The position numbers were made by a program, and so were the translations under genes. From positions 992,001 to 1,056,000 of the forward strand of contig OZ244937.1 in NCBI GenBank assembly GCA_965222075.1: 64,000 nucleotides of DNA, read 5' to 3'. This DNA is from Candidatus Latescibacterota bacterium. Lineage in GTDB: Bacteria; Latescibacterota; UBA2968; GCA-2709665. Positions within the stretch are counted from its first letter, which is position 1. Each line of letters begins with the position of its first letter. The notes beneath the pieces were generated by a model. It did not search any database, was not told where the DNA came from, and saw nothing but the letters and a program-made list of their open reading frames with translations. Below are positions 1 to 9,811 of this stretch, piece after piece.

Positions 1-1
1 C

Positions 2-253
2 GTGGCGACCTACGGGCAGATTGCCCGGATGGTGGGTGTGGGACCCCGGCAGGTTGGACAGGCCCTTGCGGCGCTTCCACCCGGCAGCAGGTGCCCGTGG
101 CACCGCGTCATCAATGCCCGTGGGAGGATCTCGATCCGGAGCGGCATCCACAAGGCCCACTTAGACCAGGAGCGGCGCCTGAAAGCAGAGGGCGTCGTGT
201 TCCAGAACGGGAGAGTCGACTTAGAGGTGTATCGCTGGCATCCGGAGGTGTAG
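2..253 (+). CDS. atl: Alkyltransferase-like (ATL/MGMT family) DNA-binding protein, 5'-truncated by window edge
   Basis: ATYGQIA...PRQVG and PWHRVINA; Trp in place of the catalytic Cys of PCHRV marks ATL proteins. Confidence 0.85.
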   Translation: MATYGQIARMVGVGPRQVGQALAALPPGSRCPWHRVINARGRISIRSGIHKAHLDQERRLKAEGVVFQNGRVDLEVYRWHPEV

Positions 254-290
254 GAAATATCGAACAAGAAATGATGGTGGAGGCGACGAT

Positions 291-2060
291 TTGTTCCTGA
301 ATCCCTTCAAACCTTTCTGGCCGTACATCCGGCCCTATCGACATTACGTGGTTCTGGGTATCGTATTGCTTGTGCTGGCCCAGGGGGTGGCCGCGACGAT
401 TCCACTCGTGTTGGGGGAGGCGGTGGACGCCATTAAGGCCGGGGTGGACGCCGGTGGGGCCTTCAGCGGGGCCATGCAGGAGGATATCGCCCTGTTTGCG
501 GGGCTGATCTCAGGGCTTGCCCTGGTCCAGATGGGGCTGCAAATGGGGCTGCGGTGGTACCTGAGCAGCCTGGGGCGATATGCGGAATATGACATCCGGA
601 AGGTCTATTTCCGGCACCTGCTGAGGCTCTCCTTGAACTATTTCCACCGGACGCCCACGGGCGATTTGATGGCCCGGGCCACAAATGATGTGAACGCCAT
701 TCGTATGTTCCTCGGGTTTGGCGTTCGCATGATTTTCAGCGCCCTGTTGGCGTTTGTCCTGGCAATGGGCGTGATGTGTACGATCGACTGGAAGCTGGCC
801 GTTTATGCCCTCCTGCCCCTGCCGGTGATGTCCCTGGTGGTAAACCGGGTGGCGGCCAGGATTTACACCGGATTTCGGGAGGTGCAGGAGCAGTTTTCAA
901 ATATCAGCGCCCGCGTGCAGGAGAATCTGTCGGGGATGCGGGTGATCAAGGCCTACGTGCAGCGAGAGGCAGAGGTTGAGGCCTTTGGAAAACTCAACCG
1001 GGCGTATTTGGAGAAGAATCAGAGGCTGATCTACATCCAGAGCCTCTTCTTCCCCCTGATGTTTGTGATCGGCGGGGCTTCGCTTTGCGTCGTTCTCTGG
1101 GTGGGCGGACACCGCGTGGTTCAAAACGAACTGACGCTGGGAGATTTCGTGGCCTTCAATGCCTATTTGACCAGGCTGATGTTTCCGATGATTGCGCTTG
1201 GGTGGATGGTCGATCGATACCAGCGGGGTATGGCTTCAATGGCGCGGATTCAGGAGATCCTGGCAGTAGAGCCGGAGATCCGGGATGCCAGGCACATCCG
1301 GCCGGTCCGGGATCTAAGCGGAGAGATTGAGTTCCGGAAGATGACGTTTGCCTACAACGACGAAACGGTCTTAGAGGATATCGACCTCCACATTCCCGCC
1401 GGCACCACCCTGGCGGTGGTGGGCCGGGTGGGCTCTGGAAAGACGACCCTGGGGCGGCTGATCCCCAGGCTGGTCCAGGCTGGAAACGGAGGGGTGCTGA
1501 TTGATGGCATCCCTGTGGAGGAACTCCCCCTTGAGACCCTCCGGTCGGCCATCGGTTACGTGCCCCAGGAGACGTTTCTCTTCTCGGATACGCTTCGAGA
1601 GAATATTGCGCTGGGGGTGGTGGATGCATCGGAGGAAGAGGTTGCCCGGGCAACCGAGGTGTCCCAATTGTCAGAGGATCTGGCCGATTTCCCACAGGGG
1701 CTGGATACGGTGATCGGGGAGCGGGGAGTGACCTTATCGGGGGGGCAGAAGCAGCGAACGGCGCTGGCCCGGGCGGTGATCAGACAGCCGAGGATTCTGG
1801 TCCTGGACGATGCGATGGCCAGTGTGGATACGCATACCGAGGAGGAGATTTTGAGGAGGCTGCGAGAGGTGATGGTGGGGCGGACCACGATTTTGATTTC
1901 CCACAGAATTTCCACGGTGCAGGGCGCAGACCGGATTGTGGTGCTGGATGAGGGCCGGATTGCGGAGGTGGGAACGCACGGGGAACTCATTGCGCGGGAC
2001 GGGATCTACGCCGGGATGTACAGGCGGCAGCAGCTTTCGCAGGAACTGGACGAGATCTGA
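291..2060 (+). CDS. ABC exporter, permease + ATPase half-transporter (MdlA/YheI-like)
   Basis: TM domain, Walker A GRVGSGKT, LSGGQKQR, Walker B ILVLDD (degenerate site). Confidence 0.92.
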   Translation: MFLNPFKPFWPYIRPYRHYVVLGIVLLVLAQGVAATIPLVLGEAVDAIKAGVDAGGAFSGAMQEDIALFAGLISGLALVQMGLQMGLRWYLSSLGRYAEYDIRKVYFRHLLRLSLNYFHRTPTGDLMARATNDVNAIRMFLGFGVRMIFSALLAFVLAMGVMCTIDWKLAVYALLPLPVMSLVVNRVAARIYTGFREVQEQFSNISARVQENLSGMRVIKAYVQREAEVEAFGKLNRAYLEKNQRLIYIQSLFFPLMFVIGGASLCVVLWVGGHRVVQNELTLGDFVAFNAYLTRLMFPMIALGWMVDRYQRGMASMARIQEILAVEPEIRDARHIRPVRDLSGEIEFRKMTFAYNDETVLEDIDLHIPAGTTLAVVGRVGSGKTTLGRLIPRLVQAGNGGVLIDGIPVEELPLETLRSAIGYVPQETFLFSDTLRENIALGVVDASEEEVARATEVSQLSEDLADFPQGLDTVIGERGVTLSGGQKQRTALARAVIRQPRILVLDDAMASVDTHTEEEILRRLREVMVGRTTILISHRISTVQGADRIVVLDEGRIAEVGTHGELIARDGIYAGMYRRQQLSQELDEI

Positions 2061-2066
2061 GTTTAT

Positions 2067-3857
2067 ATGGCCGAAAAAACGTACGATATTCACGAAGAAG
2101 AGGTTTCGGAGAAGCCGTTTGACCCGAAGCTGATGCGGCGGCTTCTGGGCTACCTGAAGCCCTACAGGCGGTGGGTGGCGCTGGCCTTCGGGTTGATCCT
2201 GGTGACGTCGGGGGCGCGGCAGGCCGGCCCCTACCTGACCAAGATCGCGGTGGACGACCACATGTTAAAGGGCGATCTGCCGGGCCTGAACCGGATCGTG
2301 CTGCTGTTTGTGGGGCTCCTGGTGCTCCAGTTTGTGGCAGACTATATTCAGAATATTGTGACGAGGATGACCGGACAGTGGGTGATGTACGACATCCGGC
2401 GCCAGATCTTCACCCACCTGCAGCGGCTGTCTTTGGCGTTTTTCGACCGGACGCCCATCGGGCGGCTGATGACCCGGAATACCAGCGATGTGGATGCCCT
2501 GAACGAGCTGTTTACCGACGGGGTGGTGACGGTTTTCAGGGATATTTTCGCCATTATCACGATCCTGGGGTTTATGTTCTATATGGATGTGGCGCTGGCG
2601 CTGGTGGTCTGCCTGACCGTGCCGGTGATGTTCGGGGTGACCTTTGTCTTTCAGGGATGGATGCTGAGGGCGTTCCGCCGGGCGCGCAGCCGGCTGGCCC
2701 GGCTGAACGCTTACCTGCAGGAGAATATTTCCGGGATGGATGTGGTGCAGCTTTTCAACCGGGAGCGCCGCAATCGGGAGCGATTCGATGAGATCAACGG
2801 GAGATATTTGGAAGCGCATTTGCAGACAACGCTCTACTTTTCACTCTTTTTCCCGATTATGGAGCTGATCAGTGCAGTTGCCGTCGCCCTGATCATCTGG
2901 TACGGCGGCGGAGATGTCCTTCAATCCCGGATCGAGTGGGGGGTGCTGGTGGCCATGCTGCAGTATGTGCCCAGATTTTTCTGGCCGGTCCTGGAGATCT
3001 CCGAACGCTACGCCATCCTCCAGGCGGCTATGGCCTCGTCGGAGCGAATTTTCGAACTCTTGGATACGGGGCCGGAGCCCAAAGGGGGAGATAGGGCGCC
3101 ACAGCGGGCCCTGGGGGAGATCGAGTTCCAGAACGTCTGGTTTGCCTATACGGACGGGGACTGGGTGCTTCGGGACGTGTCGTTCCACCTCAGGCCGGGC
3201 GAGCGGGTAGCCGTTGTGGGGGCGACCGGGGCGGGAAAGACCACGGTGATCAGCCTGCTCTGCCGGTTTTACGATATTCAGAAGGGGACCATCCGCATCG
3301 ATGGCGTGGATATCCGGGAGTGGGACATCGAGGCGCTGCGGCGTCGAATCGGGGTGGTTCAGCAGGATGTCTTCCTCTTTTCGGGGGATATTGAGACGAA
3401 TATCCGGCTGGGCAACCGGAAGATTTCCCGGGAGCAGGTCGAGCGGGCCGCACGGGATGTGAACGCAGACCGATTTATCCAGAGGCTGCCCAGGGGCTAT
3501 GGGCACGGGGTGACCGAGCGGGGAAGCACCTTTTCGAGCGGGCAGCGGCAGCTCCTCGCGTTTGCGCGGGCACTCGCGTTCGACCCCGATATTCTGATCT
3601 TAGACGAAGCCACCTCAAGTGTGGATACCGAAACGGAGATGTGGATCCAAAGTGCGGTGGAACGGCTGATGCAGACGCGTACGTCAATCGTGATCGCCCA
3701 CCGGATCTCCACGATTCGGCACGTGGACCGGATCGTTGTGTTGCACAAGGGGGAGGTCCGGGAAGTCGGCACGCACGAGGAGCTGATGGCCCTGAAGGGG
3801 ATCTACCATCGCCTTCACCAGCTCCAATACATCGGGAGCGAGTCGCCTGGGGGATGA
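2067..3857 (+). CDS. ABC exporter half-transporter (MdlB/YheH-like), heterodimer partner
   Basis: GATGAGKT, FSSGQRQ, ILILDEATS; 6 bp after previous gene. Confidence 0.92.
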   Translation: MAEKTYDIHEEEVSEKPFDPKLMRRLLGYLKPYRRWVALAFGLILVTSGARQAGPYLTKIAVDDHMLKGDLPGLNRIVLLFVGLLVLQFVADYIQNIVTRMTGQWVMYDIRRQIFTHLQRLSLAFFDRTPIGRLMTRNTSDVDALNELFTDGVVTVFRDIFAIITILGFMFYMDVALALVVCLTVPVMFGVTFVFQGWMLRAFRRARSRLARLNAYLQENISGMDVVQLFNRERRNRERFDEINGRYLEAHLQTTLYFSLFFPIMELISAVAVALIIWYGGGDVLQSRIEWGVLVAMLQYVPRFFWPVLEISERYAILQAAMASSERIFELLDTGPEPKGGDRAPQRALGEIEFQNVWFAYTDGDWVLRDVSFHLRPGERVAVVGATGAGKTTVISLLCRFYDIQKGTIRIDGVDIREWDIEALRRRIGVVQQDVFLFSGDIETNIRLGNRKISREQVERAARDVNADRFIQRLPRGYGHGVTERGSTFSSGQRQLLAFARALAFDPDILILDEATSSVDTETEMWIQSAVERLMQTRTSIVIAHRISTIRHVDRIVVLHKGEVREVGTHEELMALKGIYHRLHQLQYIGSESPGG

Positions 3858-3905
3858 AGCTACCGCAGAGGCGTTTCATACCATCATACTTTAAGGAGGA
3901 TCTTG

Positions 3906-5540
3906 ATGAAGGTTGCTGACGCTATCGCTCAAATCTTGAAGGCGGAAGGGGTGGAATACCTCTTCGCCTATCCGGTCAATCCGATCATCGAGGCGGCGGC
4001 CAAGATCGGTATTCGACCGATTATGGTTCGGCAGGAACGCATTGGGCTTCACATGGCCGATGCCGTCAGCCGGGTGACGTCGGGTCAGCGAATCGGGGTG
4101 TTTTGTATGCAGAGTGGTCCGGGAGCGGAAAACGCCTTCGGGGGCGTGGCGCAGGCCTATGGGGATTCGGTGCCTATGGTCGTGCTGCCGATGGGCTATC
4201 CGCGCAGTTTGACCAACGTGCTCCCCAATTTTAACGCGTTCGTCAATTACCGCCACGTTACCAAGTCCTGCGAGCAGGTTACGCTGCCTGAGACCGCGCC
4301 GGACGCCCTGAGACGGGCTTTTACCCAGGCAAGAAACGGGAGGCCCCGTCCGGCGCTGGTGGAAATTCCGATGGATGTGTTTGAGGAAGAGCTGCCCGAG
4401 CCTCTGCACTACACCCCCGCGCCCACGCTGCGTTCCGCACCGGACCCCGAGGCGGTGCAAACGGTGGCGGGCGTGTTGTTGGAGGCCGAGCGGCCCGTGC
4501 TCTACGCCGGCCAGGGGGTGCATTACGCGCAAGCGTGGGAGGCGCTGCGCGCCCTGGCCGAACTGCTGGAAGCGCCTGTGACCACCAGCCTTGGGGGCAA
4601 GAGCGCTTTTCCGGAAAACCACATCCTGTCCCTGGGCTCCTGCGGCCATTCCCACCCCCAAGCGGTGCACGATTTCCTGCACGGTGCCGACGTAATTTTC
4701 GGCATCGGGTGCAGCTTCGGCATCACAGGGTTCGGGGTGCGCATGCCCAGGGGCAAGACCATTGTTCACGCCACGCTGGACCCGGCGGACATCAACACAG
4801 GCGTGGCGTCGGAACACGCCCTGGTGGGAGACGCCCGCCTGATTCTGGACGCCCTGGTGGGTGAGATCCGTGAGCGCCTGGGTGGGAAGCCCCGGGGCCG
4901 CGTTGATCGGGTAGCCGCGGAGGTCAAGGCGATCAAAGGGGAGTGGTTGGCCAAATGGATGCCCAAACTCACCTCCAACGAGGCGCCCCTTTCCCCGTAC
5001 CGGGTGATCTGGGACCTGATGCACACAGTGGATGTGGCCAATACCATAATTACCCACGACGCCGGGAGTCCCCGGGATCAGCTTGTGCCCTTCTGGGAAT
5101 CCACCACGCCGCTTTCCTACATCGGCTGGGGCAAGACCACGCAGCTGGGCTACGGTCTCGGGCTGGCGATGGGTGCAAAGCTGGCCCGGCCGGAGAGGCT
5201 GTGTATCAACGTCTGGGGGGATGCGGCCATCGGCTTCACGGGGATGGACTTTGAGACCGCCGTCAGGGAGCGCATCCCGATCCTGTCGATCCTGTTCAAC
5301 AACTTCTGCATGGCGATCGAACTGCCCATTATGCCGGTTTCCACGCAGAAATTCGGCAGCACGGACATCTCGGGGCATTACGCTGACATGGCCAGGTCCT
5401 TTGGAGGGTACGGAGAACGGGTGGAGACCCCCGATGAGATCGTACCTGCGATCAAACGGGGGATTCAGAAGACAGAAGAAGGCGTGCCGGCCCTGCTGGA
5501 GTTCCTCACGGCCAGGGAGATCGAATTTTCCGTATTCTGA
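3906..5540 (+). CDS. Thiamine pyrophosphate-requiring enzyme (acetolactate synthase-like superfamily)
   Basis: VRQE, SGPG, GDAAIG...NN TPP motif; AAGGAGG RBS before ATG 3906. Confidence 0.9.
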   Translation: MKVADAIAQILKAEGVEYLFAYPVNPIIEAAAKIGIRPIMVRQERIGLHMADAVSRVTSGQRIGVFCMQSGPGAENAFGGVAQAYGDSVPMVVLPMGYPRSLTNVLPNFNAFVNYRHVTKSCEQVTLPETAPDALRRAFTQARNGRPRPALVEIPMDVFEEELPEPLHYTPAPTLRSAPDPEAVQTVAGVLLEAERPVLYAGQGVHYAQAWEALRALAELLEAPVTTSLGGKSAFPENHILSLGSCGHSHPQAVHDFLHGADVIFGIGCSFGITGFGVRMPRGKTIVHATLDPADINTGVASEHALVGDARLILDALVGEIRERLGGKPRGRVDRVAAEVKAIKGEWLAKWMPKLTSNEAPLSPYRVIWDLMHTVDVANTIITHDAGSPRDQLVPFWESTTPLSYIGWGKTTQLGYGLGLAMGAKLARPERLCINVWGDAAIGFTGMDFETAVRERIPILSILFNNFCMAIELPIMPVSTQKFGSTDISGHYADMARSFGGYGERVETPDEIVPAIKRGIQKTEEGVPALLEFLTAREIEFSVF

Positions 5541-5563
5541 TTTTTGAACCGGTGGGGGCTGAC

Positions 5564-7255
5564 CTATGGGTCGGCGGGGTTGCTCCGGATGACCGGGACG
5601 TGGATGAGCGTGGGCACGTCGGCTGTGAGGCCCTGCTGGAGGGCAGGCGCGATTTCGTCGGGGCTGTTCACCCGGATGCCGAGGGCGCCAAAAGCCTCGG
5701 CCATCTGGTCAAATCGGATGGGCCCCAGTTCGCTGGTGATGCCCTGCCCGTACCTCTTCTGGTGTCCGGTAAGGGTGATGCCCCAGGCCTCGTCGTCGGC
5801 TAAGAGCACAACAAAGCCGAGGTTCTGACGGGCGGCCGTTTCGAATTCGGCCACGGTGAAGGTCAGCGCGCCGTCTCCTGAGATGAGGATGACGGGGCGG
5901 TCGGGGTAGAGGAGGCGGGCGGCCATGGCGCCGGGGAGGCCGTAACCGACGACCCCGCTGGCGCCGCAGGTGACCCAGTGGCCGGGGTAGTGGTCGCAGA
6001 GGGCCTGATGCGCCCACTGGCCGATGTTTCCGCCGTCGATCAGAACGACCGTGTCGTCCGTGAGGACGGACTGAACCGCGTCGATTATGTCCAGGGAGTG
6101 GCAGGCGCCGCTGTCTGGACGGGACACGCCCAGGCAGCGCTGGCGGAAGGCGTCACGGCGGGATCGGGCCTCCTGAAGCCAGGCCGTTTTGGGGGACGCG
6201 GCCTGCCTGCGCGGCCTGCCTGTGCGTGTCCGCACGCAGACAGGCGCACCGCGCTGCAGGCAGGCGCAGGCGTCGGCGAGCTGGATCAAGACCGACCGGG
6301 GATCGCCGAGAATGGAGAGGTGTGCGCCTGCGCCCTGCTGGAGCTGCACCGGGTCGGCGTGGATGCGGACGATGCGGGCGTTTTCCCCAACCGCGGGGGG
6401 CTGGAGGTATCCGACGCGGTAGTCGCAGGCTGCGCCGACCATCAGGACCAGGTCTGCATCCGGCAGCAGGCGGGGCCCCCCGGTTGCTGCGCCGATGACG
6501 CCCATGAATTCATCGATGGGGTGCGGGACCGACCCCCGGTCCCAGATGGGGACGGCAACCGGGACCGAGAAGGTGCGGACAAAAGCGGTCAGGGCGTCCT
6601 CACCCTGCGCATAGTAGAGGCCGCTTCCGGCGATGAGGAGGGGCCGCTCGGCCCTGGAGAGGAGGTCGGCGGCAGCGGCGACACTTTCGGGGGCGCCGGA
6701 CGAGGCAACAGGCGGTGAGGCGGCAGGTTCGAGCACCCGGATGATACGGTCCGGGTCGACCTCGGCCGTCTGAATGTCGAGCGGAAGGGTGAGGTGGACC
6801 GGCCCGGGCCGGCCTGAGAGGGCGGCCGTGAAGGCCTCGTGGAGGATCTGCGGAATCCGTTCGGGACGGTCGATGGTGCGGGCGTATTTGCAGACCGGCG
6901 CGGCCAGGGCGGCCTGATCGAAGTCCTGGAAGTGACCCAGACCGATCGTTTCGGTGGGGCCGCACCCGGTGACGAGGACCATGGGGGCGCCGTCGAAGTG
7001 GGCGTTGAGGACGCCGGTGAGAGCGTTGGCGTGCGCCACGCCGCTGCTGACGGCGCATACGCCGACCCGGCGGCTGAGACGTCCGGTAACCTCGGCCATG
7101 TACCCCGCGGCCTGTTCGTTGCGAACATCCACAAGCCGCATCCCGGCATCCCGGCAGGCGGCGTCCAGCGGGTCCATCCCGTGACCGCAGAGGGTGGGGA
7201 TAAATGACACTTCCCGCTGCTGAAGCTCACGGACGAAGAGTTCCGCACCGTTCAT
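5564..7255 (-). CDS. Thiamine pyrophosphate-binding enzyme (ALS / acyl-CoA lyase-like) carrying a 63-bp in-frame palindromic insertion
   Basis: MNGAELFV start with AGGAG RBS, VRNEQAAG, GRPGPVHL, GDGAL motif. Confidence 0.88.
   Translation of the reverse strand: MNGAELFVRELQQREVSFIPTLCGHGMDPLDAACRDAGMRLVDVRNEQAAGYMAEVTGRLSRRVGVCAVSSGVAHANALTGVLNAHFDGAPMVLVTGCGPTETIGLGHFQDFDQAALAAPVCKYARTIDRPERIPQILHEAFTAALSGRPGPVHLTLPLDIQTAEVDPDRIIRVLEPAASPPVASSGAPESVAAAADLLSRAERPLLIAGSGLYYAQGEDALTAFVRTFSVPVAVPIWDRGSVPHPIDEFMGVIGAATGGPRLLPDADLVLMVGAACDYRVGYLQPPAVGENARIVRIHADPVQLQQGAGAHLSILGDPRSVLIQLADACACLQRGAPVCVRTRTGRPRRQAASPKTAWLQEARSRRDAFRQRCLGVSRPDSGACHSLDIIDAVQSVLTDDTVVLIDGGNIGQWAHQALCDHYPGHWVTCGASGVVGYGLPGAMAARLLYPDRPVILISGDGALTFTVAEFETAARQNLGFVVLLADDEAWGITLTGHQKRYGQGITSELGPIRFDQMAEAFGALGIRVNSPDEIAPALQQGLTADVPTLIHVPVIRSNPADP
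6202..6264. repeat. Nested palindromic elements (33-bp outer + 30-bp inner at 6215-6244), ends CCTGCCTG...CAGRCAGG
   Basis: cctgcctgcgcgg[cctgcctgtgcgtgtccgcacgcagacagg]cgcaccgcgctgcaggcagg; adds 21 codons. Confidence 0.85.
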
Positions 7256-7293
7256 GGGATTCTCCTGTGAACCGCAAAACTGCTGAGTATTTT

Positions 7294-8031
7294 TTACTGG
7301 AGGTAGAGACCCATCGCTTCGATGGCTTCTGCCACTTCTCTGAGCACCAGGTCCCGGGTCGGTTCTCCACGTCTTCGCCGCTGCCGGACCCGGGTCGAGG
7401 ACATCTGGATGTAGCGCTCGGCCAGCTGGATAAAGTCGACCCGATCGGTGAAGGGCCTGCATTCGGGGCGTTCCATCAGGGTGCGCATTTGCTCCAGGCC
7501 GTGGCACCCCCGGTTGGCGGCAACGATGCGGGAGGTTTCAAAGAAGGGGTGGAGGTCCTCCTGCATGTCGGCGTAGTATCTGGGGTCGAAGAGCCGCTGG
7601 AGGGTATCGTAGCCGACGATGAAGTAGAACCGGGTGCCGTGGGCATAGAGGGCGCGGAGGGCCTCGGCTTTGTCTATGAACCGGGCGTGACTGCATCCGG
7701 CCACCGAGATATCGGAACGGCCTTCGGCATAGGCAAGCAGCATGGCCAGCCGCTGGCCCAGGTCGGCGCCAAAGACCTTCTTGTCAACATTCGACCGCGA
7801 CAGCATCAGCAGCACCTCGTTCAGGCCGCAGGTCCGCCGGGCCTTTTCAACCATCCCGTGGTGGGCCAGCGTCATCGGGTTGAACGAGGCATCCAGCACG
7901 CCGAGACACCCTGCCGAGACGCCCATGCCTCCGGGTGCCCGCTGCACGATACGGACCCGGGGCGGCCCGGCCGGGTGCAGGTCGGCCATAATCCTGCGCA
8001 GGCGTTCCAGTTCTTCGGGGTCGGTCCGCAT
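7294..8031 (-). CDS. Nicotinate/nicotinamide-nucleotide adenylyltransferase-like (cytidylyltransferase superfamily)
   Basis: DASFNPMTLAH (T/HxxH), FIVGYDT, MSSTRVR motifs. Confidence 0.8.
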   Translation of the reverse strand: MRTDPEELERLRRIMADLHPAGPPRVRIVQRAPGGMGVSAGCLGVLDASFNPMTLAHHGMVEKARRTCGLNEVLLMLSRSNVDKKVFGADLGQRLAMLLAYAEGRSDISVAGCSHARFIDKAEALRALYAHGTRFYFIVGYDTLQRLFDPRYYADMQEDLHPFFETSRIVAANRGCHGLEQMRTLMERPECRPFTDRVDFIQLAERYIQMSSTRVRQRRRRGEPTRDLVLREVAEAIEAMGLYLQ

Positions 8032-8159
8032 GTCTGTTTTCCTTATCGAGAAAAATCTACAGCATACGGATATGGTAGTTTCTGCCACACCGGAAGTCAA
8101 CCGAAATCTGAACGGTTTGAGGCGCTTTCAATCACGGGTGTTACGTCTGGAGGGAGATT

Positions 8160-9023
8160 ATGCATATCGGGATGCGGATTCCGCCTATGGTTCGGGATCT
8201 TGGCTTTGAAGGTGTGGTGGCGTGGGCGAGTGCCAACGGGTTTGGTTCTATCGATGTGCCCCAGGTGGACCGGAAGGTCCGAAAGATCTGCGACAGGGCC
8301 GGGTTGCGCATCGGCACGGTGGACTGGGGCGTTGGGGGGGCGCTGTTGAGCAGAGACGGCCGCGTGCGCCGGAAGGCGGTTGCGGCGATGAAACGGCGGA
8401 TCCAAGCGACGGCCGCGTGCGGCTCGGGGGTGATCTTTGTGTGCCTTGCGCCCGATGACAGTTTGCAGCCCCGGGCCGAGAGTTTTGAGATTTTTAAGCG
8501 GGTCTACCCCGGGATTGTGGACGCGGCGGAAAAGGAGGGCGTCCACTTAGCGATTGAACCCTATCCCGGTCCGGCGCCGGCCTATCCCAACCTGGGCTGC
8601 ACGCCGGAGACTCTCCGGGCCATTTTCGAGGCGATTCCGTCGCCCCACCTGGGGATCTGCTACGACCCCTCTCATTTTATCCGCATCGGGGTGGATTACA
8701 AGCGCCTCCTGGTGGAGTTCGGGGACCGGGTGCGTCACGTGCATGCCAAAGATACCGAGATCTTAGACGACGGGCTTTACGCGTTTGGCTGTCTGGGGCA
8801 GAGTTTTGGCCGCCGTTATCCCCACGGAGAGGGCTGGTGGCGCTATTGTATTCCGGGATGGGGGGCTGCGGACTGGAAGTGGGTGGTGGCCCGCTTAGAG
8901 GAGATTGGGTACGACGGCCCTCTGGCGGTCGAACTGGAGGACGACCGCTATATGGGAAGCACGGAACGGAACCAGGAGGGGCTTCTGGCCGCCAGGGCCT
9001 ACCTGAAGCAGATCATCCGATAG
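8160..9023 (+). CDS. Sugar phosphate isomerase/epimerase (xylose isomerase-like TIM barrel)
   Basis: LAIEP, YDPSH, HVHAKD, YDGPLAVELE. Confidence 0.88.
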   Translation: MHIGMRIPPMVRDLGFEGVVAWASANGFGSIDVPQVDRKVRKICDRAGLRIGTVDWGVGGALLSRDGRVRRKAVAAMKRRIQATAACGSGVIFVCLAPDDSLQPRAESFEIFKRVYPGIVDAAEKEGVHLAIEPYPGPAPAYPNLGCTPETLRAIFEAIPSPHLGICYDPSHFIRIGVDYKRLLVEFGDRVRHVHAKDTEILDDGLYAFGCLGQSFGRRYPHGEGWWRYCIPGWGAADWKWVVARLEEIGYDGPLAVELEDDRYMGSTERNQEGLLAARAYLKQIIR

Positions 9024-9810
9024 CGTTTCTTCCGATGGTCAGGGCTTCCAGAAATGGGAACGCAATACACGCCCGCCGCATCTCGCGTTTGAGCCAGGTC
9101 TTGAAGAGCCGGTTTCTGATCTCCTGCTGCACGGCCCCGGTCAGGGTCGCGGGGTAGATGTGTTGCACAAGGTAGAGCGCGTAGCCTTTTTCGACCTTTA
9201 GCGGCCCTACCAGTTCCCCCGGCGCTGCCGCAAACACCAGCGGGGCGATGCCTTTGGGCAGGTGGCGGCGTCTGAGCCGTCCCAGGTAGCCTCCAGCGGG
9301 TCGGGTGGCTTCATCCTGAGAATGACGCCGCGCCAGATTGTGGAATGCGACACCTTCCTCGGTTATCTGTATCCGGAGTTCCTCTGCAATTCCCTCGTCT
9401 GCGACGTGTATCCAGTAGACTTCCGCCTCGTCGAAGTCCAGGGTATGCTGTGCAAAATAGGGTTCTATTCGACCTTCGGTTGCCTTTTGGGCCAGGGACG
9501 CCTCAAGCAAGCGGCATTCGACCTGTTGGGCCACGTCGTCCAGCGCCAACCCCCGATGCGCCAGCCAGGCCTCTGTTTCTTCCACGCGCTCCAGCCGGTT
9601 CTGGTAGCGCCACGCATCCACTTCCGTCTGCAGGTCCTCCGGGCCCACGCTCAGGCCTTCGCGCAGCGCCAATTGGAGGATGAGACGCTGCCGGGCGCAG
9701 CGGTGGAGAAGGCTCAGGTCGTCAGCAGCCTGCAGCGCACGCAGCAGGTCCGAGAGATGGACGTGCTCATCGTTGACAACGGCGAGCACCGGGTCTGTTC
9801 CCTCCAACAC
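9013..9810 (-). CDS. Parvulin/PpiC-type peptidyl-prolyl isomerase, T1SS-associated
   Basis: FHNLARRHSQD...AGGYLG, VGPL; GTG start with GGAGG RBS next to the HlyD stop. Confidence 0.85.
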   Translation of the reverse strand: MLEGTDPVLAVVNDEHVHLSDLLRALQAADDLSLLHRCARQRLILQLALREGLSVGPEDLQTEVDAWRYQNRLERVEETEAWLAHRGLALDDVAQQVECRLLEASLAQKATEGRIEPYFAQHTLDFDEAEVYWIHVADEGIAEELRIQITEEGVAFHNLARRHSQDEATRPAGGYLGRLRRRHLPKGIAPLVFAAAPGELVGPLKVEKGYALYLVQHIYPATLTGAVQQEIRNRLFKTWLKREMRRACIAFPFLEALTIGRNAIG

Positions 9811-9811
9811 C

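Noticed and set aside
3891-5378. 495-aa antisense ORF and similar long antisense ORFs (7204-8349, 11555-12694, 30050-31009)
   Set aside because: Opposite well-supported genes in GC-rich DNA; no motifs
7256-7507. N-terminal extensions in the ORF track (also GT 16614, sucD 46299, 57807, 59043, 63878)
   Set aside because: Overlap upstream genes or lack an RBS; downstream starts have an RBS or coupling and family-typical N-termini
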